The translations under genes were made by a program, and so were the position numbers. This document shows, one piece after another, positions 9,469 through 18,149 of a stretch of 64,000 bases of DNA (position 1 is the first letter of the stretch; each line of letters starts with the position of its first letter). Source of the stretch: Solirubrobacterales bacterium (GTDB taxonomy: Bacteria; Actinomycetota; Thermoleophilia; Solirubrobacterales; 70-9); NCBI GenBank assembly GCA_046330305.1, contig JAXLTA010000009.1:7349-71348 (forward strand), read 5' to 3'. Under the pieces are notes generated by a model, which saw nothing but the letters and a program-made list of their open reading frames with translations, searched no databases and was not told the origin of the DNA.

Positions 9469-10215
9469 CTATCCCGGGAAGCCCGTGGAGCGGACGTGCT
9501 CGACCTGCCCCCGGCCCTCGACGGCCGAGCGAGCGACGACGTCGTCCCACCCGTGCAGCAGCCGCTTCAGGCGGGCGACGCCCTCGGGCGGGTGGGCGGC
9601 GACTTCCCCGGCCAGCTCGAGCGCGGCGGCCTCGGTCGCGGCGGCGGGCGCGACCCGGTTGACGAGGCCGAGACGGAGCGCCTCGTCGGCGCCGACCGTG
9701 CGCGAGGAGAGCAGCAGGTACTTGGCGGTGGCGAGGCCGCAGAGGGTGACGAGGCGGGCCGCGCCGACCGGCATCGCGAGGGCGGCGCCGGGGAAGCGCA
9801 GGCGTAGGTTCGAGCCGCCGACCCGCATGTCGCAGGCGGTCGCGATCTCGGCGCCGCCGCCGACGACGTCGCCGTGGCAGACGGCGATCGTCGGCTTCGG
9901 GAAGGCGACGATCCCGTCGTAGAGGTCGGAGAACATCTGCATCCGCCGCACATGGCCCTCCGGGTCGAGCTGCTCGCGGACGTCGGCGCCGGCGGAGAGG
10001 CTGAGATGGTCGGCCGAGCTGAAGACGAGGACCCGCACCGCCTCGTCGGCCCGCGCCACCGCGAGGTGCTCGAGCAGCTCGCTCAGCATCTGGGTGTCCA
10101 TCGCGTTGCGCGCCTTCTCGCGTTCGAGGCGGATCAGCGCGACGCCGTCCTCCCGCACCCGGTAGCTGGTCCGCGACTCCTCGCCGTTGCCGTTTGAGGC
10201 GGCCTCAGTGCTCAT
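9469..10215 (-). CDS. Enoyl-CoA hydratase/isomerase (crotonase) family protein
   Basis: Crotonase-type segments are present: VALIRLEREKARNAMD, VLVFSSADHLSLSAGADV and VCHGDVVGGGAEIATACDMRV. Confidence 0.85.
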   Translation of the reverse strand: MSTEAASNGNGEESRTSYRVREDGVALIRLEREKARNAMDTQMLSELLEHLAVARADEAVRVLVFSSADHLSLSAGADVREQLDPEGHVRRMQMFSDLYDGIVAFPKPTIAVCHGDVVGGGAEIATACDMRVGGSNLRLRFPGAALAMPVGAARLVTLCGLATAKYLLLSSRTVGADEALRLGLVNRVAPAAATEAAALELAGEVAAHPPEGVARLKRLLHGWDDVVARSAVEGRGQVEHVRSTGFPG

Positions 10216-10807
10216 CGTCCGCGGAACCTAGCCGTTCGACCAGGCGCTCGGCCTCACGGGCGGCATCGGCGAGGAGCTCCTCGACCGCTGACCGCGGCTC
10301 GCGGAAGCGGCCGAGCACGTAGGCGGCGACGATCTCCGGGTCGGTCGAGTCGGGCCGCCCGACCCCGATCCGCAGCCGCCAGAACTCGGCGCTGCCGAAG
10401 CCCCGCTTGAGGCTCTTCAGCCCGTTGTGACCGGCGAGGCCGCCACCGAGGCGGCTGCGGATCTCGCCGAAGGGCAGGTCGATCTCGTCGTGGAGGACGA
10501 CGACGCGATCGAGCGGCACCTTGAGCGAGCCGCGGGCCGGCCCCGCCGAATCGCCGGAGGCGTTCATGTAGGTCTGTGGCAGCAGGACCGCGACCCGCGG
10601 TCCACCCGGCCCGCTGCGGCCCTCGTAGAGCAGGCCGCCGAACTTCTTGCGCGCCTTGCCGAGCTGCCAGCGGCGGGCCAGCTCCTCGGCGACGTCGAAG
10701 CCGACGTTGTGCCTGGTTCGCTCGTGCTCGGGCCCGGGGTTGCCGAGACCGACGATCAGGACGCGGTCCTCGCCGCCGCCCTCCTGGCGACGGCGAAACA
10801 GGGACAT
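10205..10807 (-). CDS. pth: Peptidyl-tRNA hydrolase
   Basis: Contains VLIVGLGNPGPEHERTRHNVGFDV and HDEIDLPFGEIRSRLGGGLAGHNGLKS. It sits in the conserved pth-ctc-prs-glmU neighbourhood. Confidence 0.93.
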   Translation of the reverse strand: MSLFRRRQEGGGEDRVLIVGLGNPGPEHERTRHNVGFDVAEELARRWQLGKARKKFGGLLYEGRSGPGGPRVAVLLPQTYMNASGDSAGPARGSLKVPLDRVVVLHDEIDLPFGEIRSRLGGGLAGHNGLKSLKRGFGSAEFWRLRIGVGRPDSTDPEIVAAYVLGRFREPRSAVEELLADAAREAERLVERLGSADDEH

Positions 10808-10840
10808 CGAGAGCGCTCCCGGGCGAGCGGAGCCGGGGGC

Positions 10841-11539
10841 CTAGCCCTCGGAGTCGCCGGAGTCGCCGCCCTCGCCCTCGCCCGCCTCGGCGCCCTCGGC
10901 CTCGGCCTCGCCGACCAGTTCGGCCTCCTCCTCGATCTCGGGCTCGGGAGCCTCTTCGACGCGGGGCGGCGAGAGGGTGACGATCGTGACCTCGTCGGGC
11001 TCCTCGGCGACGAAGGTGACGCCCTCGGGCGCCTCGACCGCGGAGAGCTGGAGGGTGTCGTTGATCTCCATCGCGGAGACGTCGACGACGATCCGGTCGG
11101 GGATCGCGGTCGGCAGCGCTTCGACCGTGATTTCGCGGGTGACGTGCTCGAGCACGCCGGAGGCGCGCACGCCGGGAGCGTCGTCGACGCCCTCGAGCTC
11201 GAGCACGACGTCCGCCTGGATCGCCTCGTCGAGTTTCACCTGCTGCAGGTCGAGGTGCTGGACGGTGCCCCGCACGGGGTGCAGCTGCTGTTCCTTGATC
11301 ACGACCGGGACCGCTTTGCTGCCCTCGATTTCGAGGTCGAAGAGAGCGGCGCCCTCCTGCAGGATGTTGCGGATCTCGCGTTCGGCGACCTGGAAGGGCC
11401 TGGCCTCCTCGCCGCCGGAGTAGACGACGCCGGGGACGACGCCCTCGCGGCGCAGGCGGCGCGAGCTGCGCGAGCCGAAATCGGCGCGCGGAGCGACCTT
11501 CAGTGTCGAGCGGGAACCTGCCATCGGACGGGAGAGCAT
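10841..11539 (-). CDS. rplY: 50S ribosomal protein L25 / general stress protein Ctc
   Basis: Contains RADFGSRSSRRLRREGVVPGVVYSGGEEA...VVIKEQQLHPVRGTVQHLDLQQV and an acidic C-terminal tail typical of Ctc-type L25. Confidence 0.9.
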   Translation of the reverse strand: MLSRPMAGSRSTLKVAPRADFGSRSSRRLRREGVVPGVVYSGGEEARPFQVAEREIRNILQEGAALFDLEIEGSKAVPVVIKEQQLHPVRGTVQHLDLQQVKLDEAIQADVVLELEGVDDAPGVRASGVLEHVTREITVEALPTAIPDRIVVDVSAMEINDTLQLSAVEAPEGVTFVAEEPDEVTIVTLSPPRVEEAPEPEIEEEAELVGEAEAEGAEAGEGEGGDSGDSEG

Positions 11540-11583
11540 AGAGAAACGGCGGCGCGAAGGGCGCGCTGTGAGACCCTTCAGGC

Positions 11584-13002
11584 GTGACTGACGACTCGAA
11601 GATCCCCAAGGGGCGAATCCGGCGCTCCGCCAAGCTGGGCTCGATCGTCGGCCTGCAGGGCGCCCGTTACGCGGGCACCAAGGCGACCAACGTGGGCCGC
11701 TCGGAGGAGGGCGCGCAGGAGCGGCTCGAAGAGCGGCACCTGGAAACCGCGATGAAGATGGTCGGCGCGCTGGGCCAGATGAAGGGGGCGGCGATGAAGC
11801 TCGGCCAGTTCGCCTCTTTCATCGACACCGAGTTCATCCCCGAGGAGTACCGCGAGATCTACCAGGAACAGCTGGCGAAACTGCGCACCGACGCGCCCTC
11901 GATGCCCTGGGAAAAGGTCGAGGCGGTGCTCGCGGAGGAGTACGACGACGAGCCGCTCTCCGAGTACTTCGCCGAGATCGAGCCGGAGGCGTTCGCCGCC
12001 GCCTCGATCGGCCAGGTCCACCGGGCCGAGCTGCTCGACGGTCGCGAGGTCGCGGTCAAGATCCAGTACCCGGGGATCGCCGAGGCGCTGGAGGCCGACC
12101 TGCGCAACGCCGGCACGATCGTGCGGCTGGCGCGGGCGATCGCGCCGGGGATCGACGCCAAGGCGATCGCCGAGGAGCTGCGCGAACGGGTGATGGAGGA
12201 GCTCGACTACGAGTACGAGGCCCAGAACCAGCGCGCCTTCGCCCGCGCCTACCGCGAACACCCGTTCATCTACGTGCCGGAAGTGGTGACGCGGCTCTCA
12301 CGGCGGCGGGTCCTGGTCACCGAGCTCGTCAGCGGCCGCGACTTCGAGGAGATCAAGCAACTGGCGCACGAGGAGCGCAGCCGGTTCGGCGAGATCGTCT
12401 TCCGCGGCAGCTTCGGCTCGATCTACCACCTGCAGCAGTTCAACGCCGACCCCCACCCCGGCAACTACATCCTGATGGACGACGACCGCGTCGCCTTCCT
12501 CGACTTCGGGATGACGAAGAAGCTCGACCGCGAGCAGATCCTGCTCGAGCAGCAGGCCTTCGACGCCGCCTCGCGCAACGAGCCGGAGGCGGTGCGGCAG
12601 GCGCTGCACGACCTCGGCTTCATCAAGAAGCCCTCGAAGCTGGACGCCGAGCGGCTGCTCGACCACATGCGGGCGGTCGGAGGCTGGTACCTCGAAGACC
12701 GCGAGATCGAGATCACCCCGCGCCGGGTGATGAAGATCATCGAGTCGACCAACGACCCGCGCTCGGAGTACTTCGACCTGATGCGGCGCGAGTCGATCCC
12801 CGCCGACGAGCTGATGGGGCGCCGGATGGAGATCGGCGTCGTCGCCGTGCTCGGCCAGCTGCGGGCGAAGCGCAACTGGCACCGGATCGCCCGCGAGTGG
12901 GTCTACGCCGAGGAACCGGCGACCGCGCTCGGTCAGGCCGAGTGGGAGTATTTCGAGGAGCGGGGGGTAAAGCGAACCCCCGGTTTGGCCGAAACTGCCT
13001 GA
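11584..13002 (+). CDS. ABC1/UbiB-family atypical protein kinase
   Basis: Contains AAASIGQVHRAELLDGREVAVKIQYPGIAEALEADLRN and FNADPHPGNYILMDD, which are ABC1 kinase-like motifs. Confidence 0.88.
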   Translation: MTDDSKIPKGRIRRSAKLGSIVGLQGARYAGTKATNVGRSEEGAQERLEERHLETAMKMVGALGQMKGAAMKLGQFASFIDTEFIPEEYREIYQEQLAKLRTDAPSMPWEKVEAVLAEEYDDEPLSEYFAEIEPEAFAAASIGQVHRAELLDGREVAVKIQYPGIAEALEADLRNAGTIVRLARAIAPGIDAKAIAEELRERVMEELDYEYEAQNQRAFARAYREHPFIYVPEVVTRLSRRRVLVTELVSGRDFEEIKQLAHEERSRFGEIVFRGSFGSIYHLQQFNADPHPGNYILMDDDRVAFLDFGMTKKLDREQILLEQQAFDAASRNEPEAVRQALHDLGFIKKPSKLDAERLLDHMRAVGGWYLEDREIEITPRRVMKIIESTNDPRSEYFDLMRRESIPADELMGRRMEIGVVAVLGQLRAKRNWHRIAREWVYAEEPATALGQAEWEYFEERGVKRTPGLAETA

Positions 13003-13038
13003 GACCAGCAATTTCGAGCGCTCGCGAAGGGGAAGACG

Positions 13039-13902
13039 ATGAACAGGATCAGGCGCGGTTGGGGACTGACCAAGAAGAGCTGGGCGCTCCTCAACAGCCA
13101 TCGCGAACTGATCCGCTTCCCGCTCTACGGCGCCGTGGCGATGATCCCGCTGGCGATCCTCTTCTTCGCGCCGGGCCTGTACCTGCTCGACCAGAAGACC
13201 TACGGCGGCGCCGTGCCGCTGCTGATCATCGGCGTCTACGTGCTCAGCGTGATCAGCTTCTACTTCAGCGTCGGCCTCGCCGCGGCAGCCAACCTGATCT
13301 TCGGCGGCCAGGAGGCGACGGTGGCCGACGGCCTCGCGGTCGCCCGCAGCCGCTTCGCCCAGATCTGCGGCTGGGCCGCGCTCTCGACCGCGATCAGCGT
13401 CCTGATGGCGGCGCTCGAGAACCAGGGCGGGGCGCTCGGCGACATCGCCGCCCGCCTGGTCGGCACCGCCTGGGCGCTGGTCACCTTCCTCGCGGTGCCG
13501 GTGATCGCGATCGAGGGCACCGGCCCGTTCCCGACCCTGAAGCGCTCGGCCTCGATCTTCAAGGCGAAATGGGGCCAGCAGATCACCGGCAACCTGGCGA
13601 TCGGCGCCGCGATCTTCCTGCTCGGCTTCCTGCCGGCGGCGATCCTGATCGTGGCCGGGATCCTGATCTGGTCCTCGGCCTCCTTCATCGGCGCCCTCCT
13701 GGTCGTGATCGGGGCCATCGTGCTGGCGGTCGCGATGCTGATCTCCAAGGCGCTGAACGGAGTCTTCGGTGTCGCTCTCTACCGCTATGCCACCGGCGGC
13801 GAGGCGGTCGGCGGCTTCACCACCGAGGAGCTCGAGTCGGCGGTCAAGGTCAAGGGCCGCCACCGCGGCGCGCCGCCGACCGCGACTCCCGGCACCGTCT
13901 GA
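13039..13902 (+). CDS. Multi-pass membrane protein (DUF6159-like)
   Basis: The N-terminus reads MNRIRRGWGLTKKSWALLNSHRELIRFPLYG and is followed by about 6 hydrophobic spans. The family name is from memory only. Confidence 0.7.
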   Translation: MNRIRRGWGLTKKSWALLNSHRELIRFPLYGAVAMIPLAILFFAPGLYLLDQKTYGGAVPLLIIGVYVLSVISFYFSVGLAAAANLIFGGQEATVADGLAVARSRFAQICGWAALSTAISVLMAALENQGGALGDIAARLVGTAWALVTFLAVPVIAIEGTGPFPTLKRSASIFKAKWGQQITGNLAIGAAIFLLGFLPAAILIVAGILIWSSASFIGALLVVIGAIVLAVAMLISKALNGVFGVALYRYATGGEAVGGFTTEELESAVKVKGRHRGAPPTATPGTV

Positions 13903-13924
13903 GCGGCTACCGGGCGCACGGTTT

Positions 13925-13980
13925 CTGCTTTGCACCCCCCATAGGGGGTGAAATGCGGAAGCGAGCGGCGAGCGCGGGCG
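13925..13980. repeat. Small palindromic 3'-flank motif, copy 1
   Basis: Sequence CTGCTTTGCACCCCCC-ATA-GGGGGTGAAATGCGG followed by AAGCGAGCGGCGAGCGCGGGCG. It ends directly at the stop codon (13981) of the minus-strand GDPD gene. A second copy lies at 43159..43211. Confidence 0.6.
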
Positions 13981-14769
13981 TCAGGCGCGGAGGCGCTGGA
14001 AGAGGCGGGGGTCGTTGGAGACGAGGCCGGTGACCCCCTGCTCGACCAGGGTCCGCATCCGCATCTCCTCGTCGACCGTCCAGGCGATCAGCTCGACGCC
14101 GGCGAGGTCGCAGATCCGCGCCAGCCGCGGGCTGACCAGCGGGTGGTAGACCCACATCGCGGCGACGCCGAACCTGGGCAGCTTTTCGGCGGCGAGGCCC
14201 GGCAGGCGGTAGCGCATCCCGACCAGGGCGGCGGCCATCGGCGCCTTCGCCCAGCGCCGGCGGGTCCAGTCCTTGGTGACCTTCGGGTAGGTCCAGCCGC
14301 GGCGCAGCTTCGGTTCCAGCTCCAGCACCCGTTTCAGGGTGTGCATCTCCATCGTCGAGATCATCGCCCGCTCGACCAGCTCCCGCTCGACCAGCGCCCC
14401 GACCAGCTCCTCCTCGCGCCCCGGCAGCTTCACGTCGAGGTCGATCTCGACCCGGTCCAGCGGCGGCTCGAGGAACGCGTCGAGCGCCTCGGTCAGCGCC
14501 AGCAGCGGCCGGCTCTCGGCATCCTCCCAGTCGTGCGCGACCACCAGCGGCGCCCGCTCCTCGATCGGCAGGTGCGAATCCGGCAGCCAGACCACGTCGA
14601 GCTCGACCGTGTCCACCCCCAGCTCCACGGCCTTCGCGAAGCTCGCCACCGTGTTCCCCGGCACGATCGCGTCGGCTCCCTTGTGCCCGACCAACCGCAG
14701 GCTCCGCCGCCCCCCATCCCTCAACGCCGGCTCCGGCGACAGCCCTGAATCACTCTCACTCATCCCCAA
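13981..14769 (-). CDS. Glycerophosphodiester phosphodiesterase (GDPD) family protein
   Basis: Contains LVGHKGADAIVPGNTVASFAKAVELGVDTVELDV (GDPD catalytic His/Glu region) and LIAWTVDE near the C-terminus. Confidence 0.8.
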   Translation of the reverse strand: MGMSESDSGLSPEPALRDGGRRSLRLVGHKGADAIVPGNTVASFAKAVELGVDTVELDVVWLPDSHLPIEERAPLVVAHDWEDAESRPLLALTEALDAFLEPPLDRVEIDLDVKLPGREEELVGALVERELVERAMISTMEMHTLKRVLELEPKLRRGWTYPKVTKDWTRRRWAKAPMAAALVGMRYRLPGLAAEKLPRFGVAAMWVYHPLVSPRLARICDLAGVELIAWTVDEEMRMRTLVEQGVTGLVSNDPRLFQRLRA

Positions 14770-14835
14770 ACCCTCTCAATGCCATCTCGCCAGCGGTCGG
14801 CAAGGTCAGACGTGGCGACTGACCGCAGCCGCCCG

Positions 14836-15861
14836 CTAGAAGAGCTGGTTCTCGCCGGCGAAGATCTCGCTCACCGAGTCGTCGGTGAAGATGCGGCGGA
14901 TCGAGTCGGCGAAGGTGCTCGCGGTCGAGAGGACCGTGACGTTGTCGGGCGCGTTCGGGCGCAGCGGCAGGGTGTCGGTGACGACGATCCGCTCGATCGC
15001 CGAGTCGGTGATCCGTTCGAAGGCGGGGCCGGAGAAGACGCCGTGGGTGGCGCAGGCGATGACCCGGGCGGCGCCCTCGTCGAGCACGGTCTGGGCGGCG
15101 GCGCAGAGGGTGCCGGCGGTATCGATCATGTCGTCGACCAGGACCGCGGTCTTGTCCTTGACGTCGCCGACCACGTAGCCGATCTCGGCCACCTGCTGGG
15201 CCGGGCGCTCCTTCTCCATCACCGCCCAGTGGGTGCCGACGCGGCGGGCGAAGTTGCGGGCGGTCTTGACGCGGCCGGCATCGGGGGAGACGATCACCAG
15301 GTCGTCCTGCATTTCCTGGTCGACGAACCACTGGGTCAGCATCGGCATCGCCGTCATGTGGTCGACCGGGACGTGGAAGAAGCCCTGCACCTGCCCGGCG
15401 TGGAGGTCCATGGTGAGGATGCGGTCGACGCCCACGGCCTCGAGCGTTTTGGCGACGATCCGGGCCGAGATCGGCTCGCGCGGGGCCGACTTCTTGTCCT
15501 GGCGGGCGTACCCGTACCAGGGCATCACGGCGATGATCCGGTGCGCGGACGCGCCCTGGGCGGCGTCGATCATCGTCAGCAGCTCCATCAGCGAGTCGTT
15601 CGGGGTCATCGCGCTCTGCTCGTTGGCGCAGGTCGACTGGACGATGAAGACGTCGGCGCCGCGGATCGACTCCTCGTAGCGGCAGTAGACCTCGCCGTTG
15701 GCGAAGGTCTTCAGCGTCACCTGACCGAGGTCGAGGTCCAGCTTGCCGGCAATCTTCGCGGCCAGGTCCATCGAGCTGCGGCCCCCGAACACCATCGCCC
15801 GCTTCTCGTAGGCGTGCGGGATGGCGGTGGACGCCTGCGGACGATCGTCGATCATGCTCAC
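14836..15861 (-). CDS. prs: Ribose-phosphate pyrophosphokinase
   Basis: Contains FANGEVYCRYEESIRGADVFIVQS, MPWYGYARQDKK, DLHAGQVQGFF and VLVDDMIDTAGT. Confidence 0.95.
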   Translation of the reverse strand: MSMIDDRPQASTAIPHAYEKRAMVFGGRSSMDLAAKIAGKLDLDLGQVTLKTFANGEVYCRYEESIRGADVFIVQSTCANEQSAMTPNDSLMELLTMIDAAQGASAHRIIAVMPWYGYARQDKKSAPREPISARIVAKTLEAVGVDRILTMDLHAGQVQGFFHVPVDHMTAMPMLTQWFVDQEMQDDLVIVSPDAGRVKTARNFARRVGTHWAVMEKERPAQQVAEIGYVVGDVKDKTAVLVDDMIDTAGTLCAAAQTVLDEGAARVIACATHGVFSGPAFERITDSAIERIVVTDTLPLRPNAPDNVTVLSTASTFADSIRRIFTDDSVSEIFAGENQLF

Positions 15862-17264
15862 TCGCTTTTGTCCTCTCGCATGCGCGCGGCCTTGGCAGCC
15901 GCGTATCCGTCGATATTCCTCTGCGCGTTCTCGCTGACGGCCAGCGCCCCGTTGGGCACGTCGTCCTTGATCACCGCGCCAGCGCCAGTGTAGGCGGAGT
16001 CCCCGACTTCTACCGGCGCGACGAGCATCGTGTCAACGCCGATGCGGACGTCGACCCCGATAACCGTCCGGCTCTTGCGGAAACCGTCGTAGTTGGCGGT
16101 GATCGTGCCGGCGCCGATATTGGTGCCGGCGCCGAGGTCGGCGTCGCCGATGTAGGAGAGGTGCGGGACTTTCGCGCTCTGGCCGATGTGGGAGTTCTTG
16201 ATCTCGACGAAGGTGCCGGCCTTGGCGCCGGCCTCGAGCAGGGCGCCGGGACGCAGGTAGGCGAAGGGACCGACCGAGCAGCCGTCGCGGACCTCGCACT
16301 CGACCAGGTGGGAGTGGACGACGTGCGACTCGACGCCGACGACGCTGTCGATCAGGGTGGTGTGCGGCCCGACCACGGCGCGGGCGCCGACGCGGGTGGC
16401 GCCTCGCAGAGTGCTGCCGGGCTCGATGCGCGCGTCGGCCTCGATCTCGACGCCGGCGTCGACCCAGGTCGAGCCCGGGTCGACGACCGTGGCGCCGGCC
16501 AGCATGTGGGCCTCGAGCAGGCGGCGGCGGCCCTCGGCCTCGACCGCGGCGAGGTCGACGCGGTTGTTGACCCCCATCGTCACCGCGGGGTCGCGGGCGA
16601 GGTGCGCGGCAACCGCGTGGCCGGCCGCGTGCAGCGCGGGGAAGACGTCGGGGAGGTAGTACTCGCCCTGCGCGTTGTCGTTGGAGAGGCCCGAAAGGGC
16701 GGCGGCGAGCGGCGCCGCGTCGAAGACGTAGGTGCCGGCGTTGACCTCACGGATCGCGAGCTGGGCGGGATCGGCATCGCCGGCGGCTTTCGCCTCGACG
16801 ACCCGTTCGACGGCGCCGCCGGCGCCCCGCACGACGCGGCCGTAGGAGCCGGGGTCCTCGAGCTCGATCGTCAGCATCGTCGCCGCCGCGTCGGTGGCAG
16901 CGTGCGCGGCGAGCAGCTCGGCGATCGTCTCGGCCGAGATCAGCGGCACGTCGCCGGAGAGGACGAGGACCGTCTCGCTCTCGGCGACCAGCGCCGCGGC
17001 GGCGCGGATCGCGCCTCCGGTGCCGTCGGCCTGCGGCTGCTCGACCACCTCCACCCCGTCCGGGAGCGCGGCGGAGATGTCGCGGCCCGGCGAGACGATC
17101 ACCGCCACGCGCCCGGCGCCCGCCTCACGGGCGGCCAGGATCGGCCAGGCGACCATCGGCCGCCCGCAGACGGGATGCATCATCTTCGGCAGCGAGGAGC
17201 GCATGCGCGTGCCCTCGCCCGCCGCCATGACCAGGACCAGAGGTGGCGAACTCACTGGCGCCAT
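15858..17264 (-). CDS. glmU: Bifunctional UDP-N-acetylglucosamine pyrophosphorylase / glucosamine-1-phosphate N-acetyltransferase
   Basis: Contains LVMAAGEGTRMRSSLPKMMHPVCGRPM plus C-terminal left-handed beta-helix hexapeptide repeats (NIGAGTITANYDG). It overlaps the prs start by 4 nt. Confidence 0.95.
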   Translation of the reverse strand: MAPVSSPPLVLVMAAGEGTRMRSSLPKMMHPVCGRPMVAWPILAAREAGAGRVAVIVSPGRDISAALPDGVEVVEQPQADGTGGAIRAAAALVAESETVLVLSGDVPLISAETIAELLAAHAATDAAATMLTIELEDPGSYGRVVRGAGGAVERVVEAKAAGDADPAQLAIREVNAGTYVFDAAPLAAALSGLSNDNAQGEYYLPDVFPALHAAGHAVAAHLARDPAVTMGVNNRVDLAAVEAEGRRRLLEAHMLAGATVVDPGSTWVDAGVEIEADARIEPGSTLRGATRVGARAVVGPHTTLIDSVVGVESHVVHSHLVECEVRDGCSVGPFAYLRPGALLEAGAKAGTFVEIKNSHIGQSAKVPHLSYIGDADLGAGTNIGAGTITANYDGFRKSRTVIGVDVRIGVDTMLVAPVEVGDSAYTGAGAVIKDDVPNGALAVSENAQRNIDGYAAAKAARMREDKSE

Positions 17265-17351
17265 CGTAATGGGACGCGTCCGGGACGGCGGCTGGCGCGC
17301 CCCCCGGTCGCTGGGGTGCAGGGGGCGGCGCCCGCCCCGGCCGCCGGTGGT

Positions 17352-17939
17352 TCAGACGTGGCCCGCGGCGCCGCCGCGGGCGAGCTCTCTGCCGGCGAGG
17401 GCGATGGACGTCAGCGTCCAGCCGGCGAAGATCAGGTCGATCCCGACCAGGAGCCCGATCGCCCAGTCGGCCGAGGAGGGGAACTTGGCGAGCACCAGGA
17501 TTCCGATCAGCAGGCCGAGGACGCCGCTGAGGCCGACCCAGCCGGCATTCGGCTGGCCGCGGCCGATGAAGGCGACGGTGATCCGCGTGATTCCCATGAA
17601 GAGGAAGTAGACGCCAAGGACGAAGGTCAGCGTCAGCGTGCCGTTGTGCGGTTCGACGATCAGCCAGAGGCCGACGATGACCGTGATCGCCGCCCAGAGC
17701 AGCCGCAGCAGCAGGGAACCCACCGTGCGCGCCGAGAAGGCGGCGGCGACCAGAAAGGCTCCGGCGATGACCAGGATCCAGCCGATGAAGATCGCGGTCC
17801 CGACCGAGGCGACGGCTGGCACGAGGATCGCGATGCAGCCGATCACGATCGCGATGATCCCGATCGTCATCAGGGCCTTCCAGCTGCGGGCGAGCCCCGC
17901 CCGCAGCTCTGGATCCATCGACGCTCCTCCGAACTCCAC
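17352..17939 (-). CDS. HdeD/DUF308-family membrane protein
   Basis: Six hydrophobic spans with the repeated pattern G(I/V)xxIxxG typical of DUF308. Confidence 0.7.
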   Translation of the reverse strand: MEFGGASMDPELRAGLARSWKALMTIGIIAIVIGCIAILVPAVASVGTAIFIGWILVIAGAFLVAAAFSARTVGSLLLRLLWAAITVIVGLWLIVEPHNGTLTLTFVLGVYFLFMGITRITVAFIGRGQPNAGWVGLSGVLGLLIGILVLAKFPSSADWAIGLLVGIDLIFAGWTLTSIALAGRELARGGAAGHV

Positions 17940-18061
17940 GGCCGCAGCGTATGGGCCCCGCCGGACGCCGCGGGAGACGCGAACGATCCCTTCGCCGTCG
18001 CTGGGCGCAGCGCGGATCGCACGATCGGCGGCGATCGCGAGCGCTAGGCTCGCGGGGCCGA

Positions 18062-18134
18062 TCCGGGGTGGTGTAATCGGCCAGCACGCCAGGTTTTGGT
18101 CCTGGAAGAGAGGGTTCGAGTCCTTCCCCCGGAA
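18062..18134 (+). tRNA. tRNA-Gln (anticodon UUG)
   Basis: Folded by hand into a 73-nt cloverleaf. The acceptor is TCCGGGG/CCCCGGA, the D stem GTGT/GCAC, and the anticodon stem CCAGG/CCTGG with loop TT-TTG-GT. The T arm is GAGGG-TTCGAGT-CCTTC and the discriminator is A. No CCA is encoded. It follows glmU, as in many Actinomycetota. Confidence 0.9.
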
Positions 18135-18149
18135 TGCGGCCGCCTGGCG

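Noticed and set aside
13933-13950. 6C RNA (an actinobacterial C-rich small RNA) as the identity of the CACCCCC...GGGGGTG hairpin
   Set aside because: As I recall, 6C RNA exposes its C-runs in hairpin loops and has two such loops. Here the C-run is base-paired in a single stem, and the motif abuts stop codons.
18045-18050. TAGGCT as the -10 box of a tRNA-Gln promoter
   Set aside because: It fits the TANNNT pattern and lies 11 nt upstream of the mature 5' end. I could not find a convincing -35 element, so I did not list it as a feature.
18062-18134. tRNA-Gln as an integration site for a mobile element
   Set aside because: No integrase, no duplicated tRNA 3' segment and no compositional shift follow the tRNA. 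The next gene is a native-looking PucR-family regulator.
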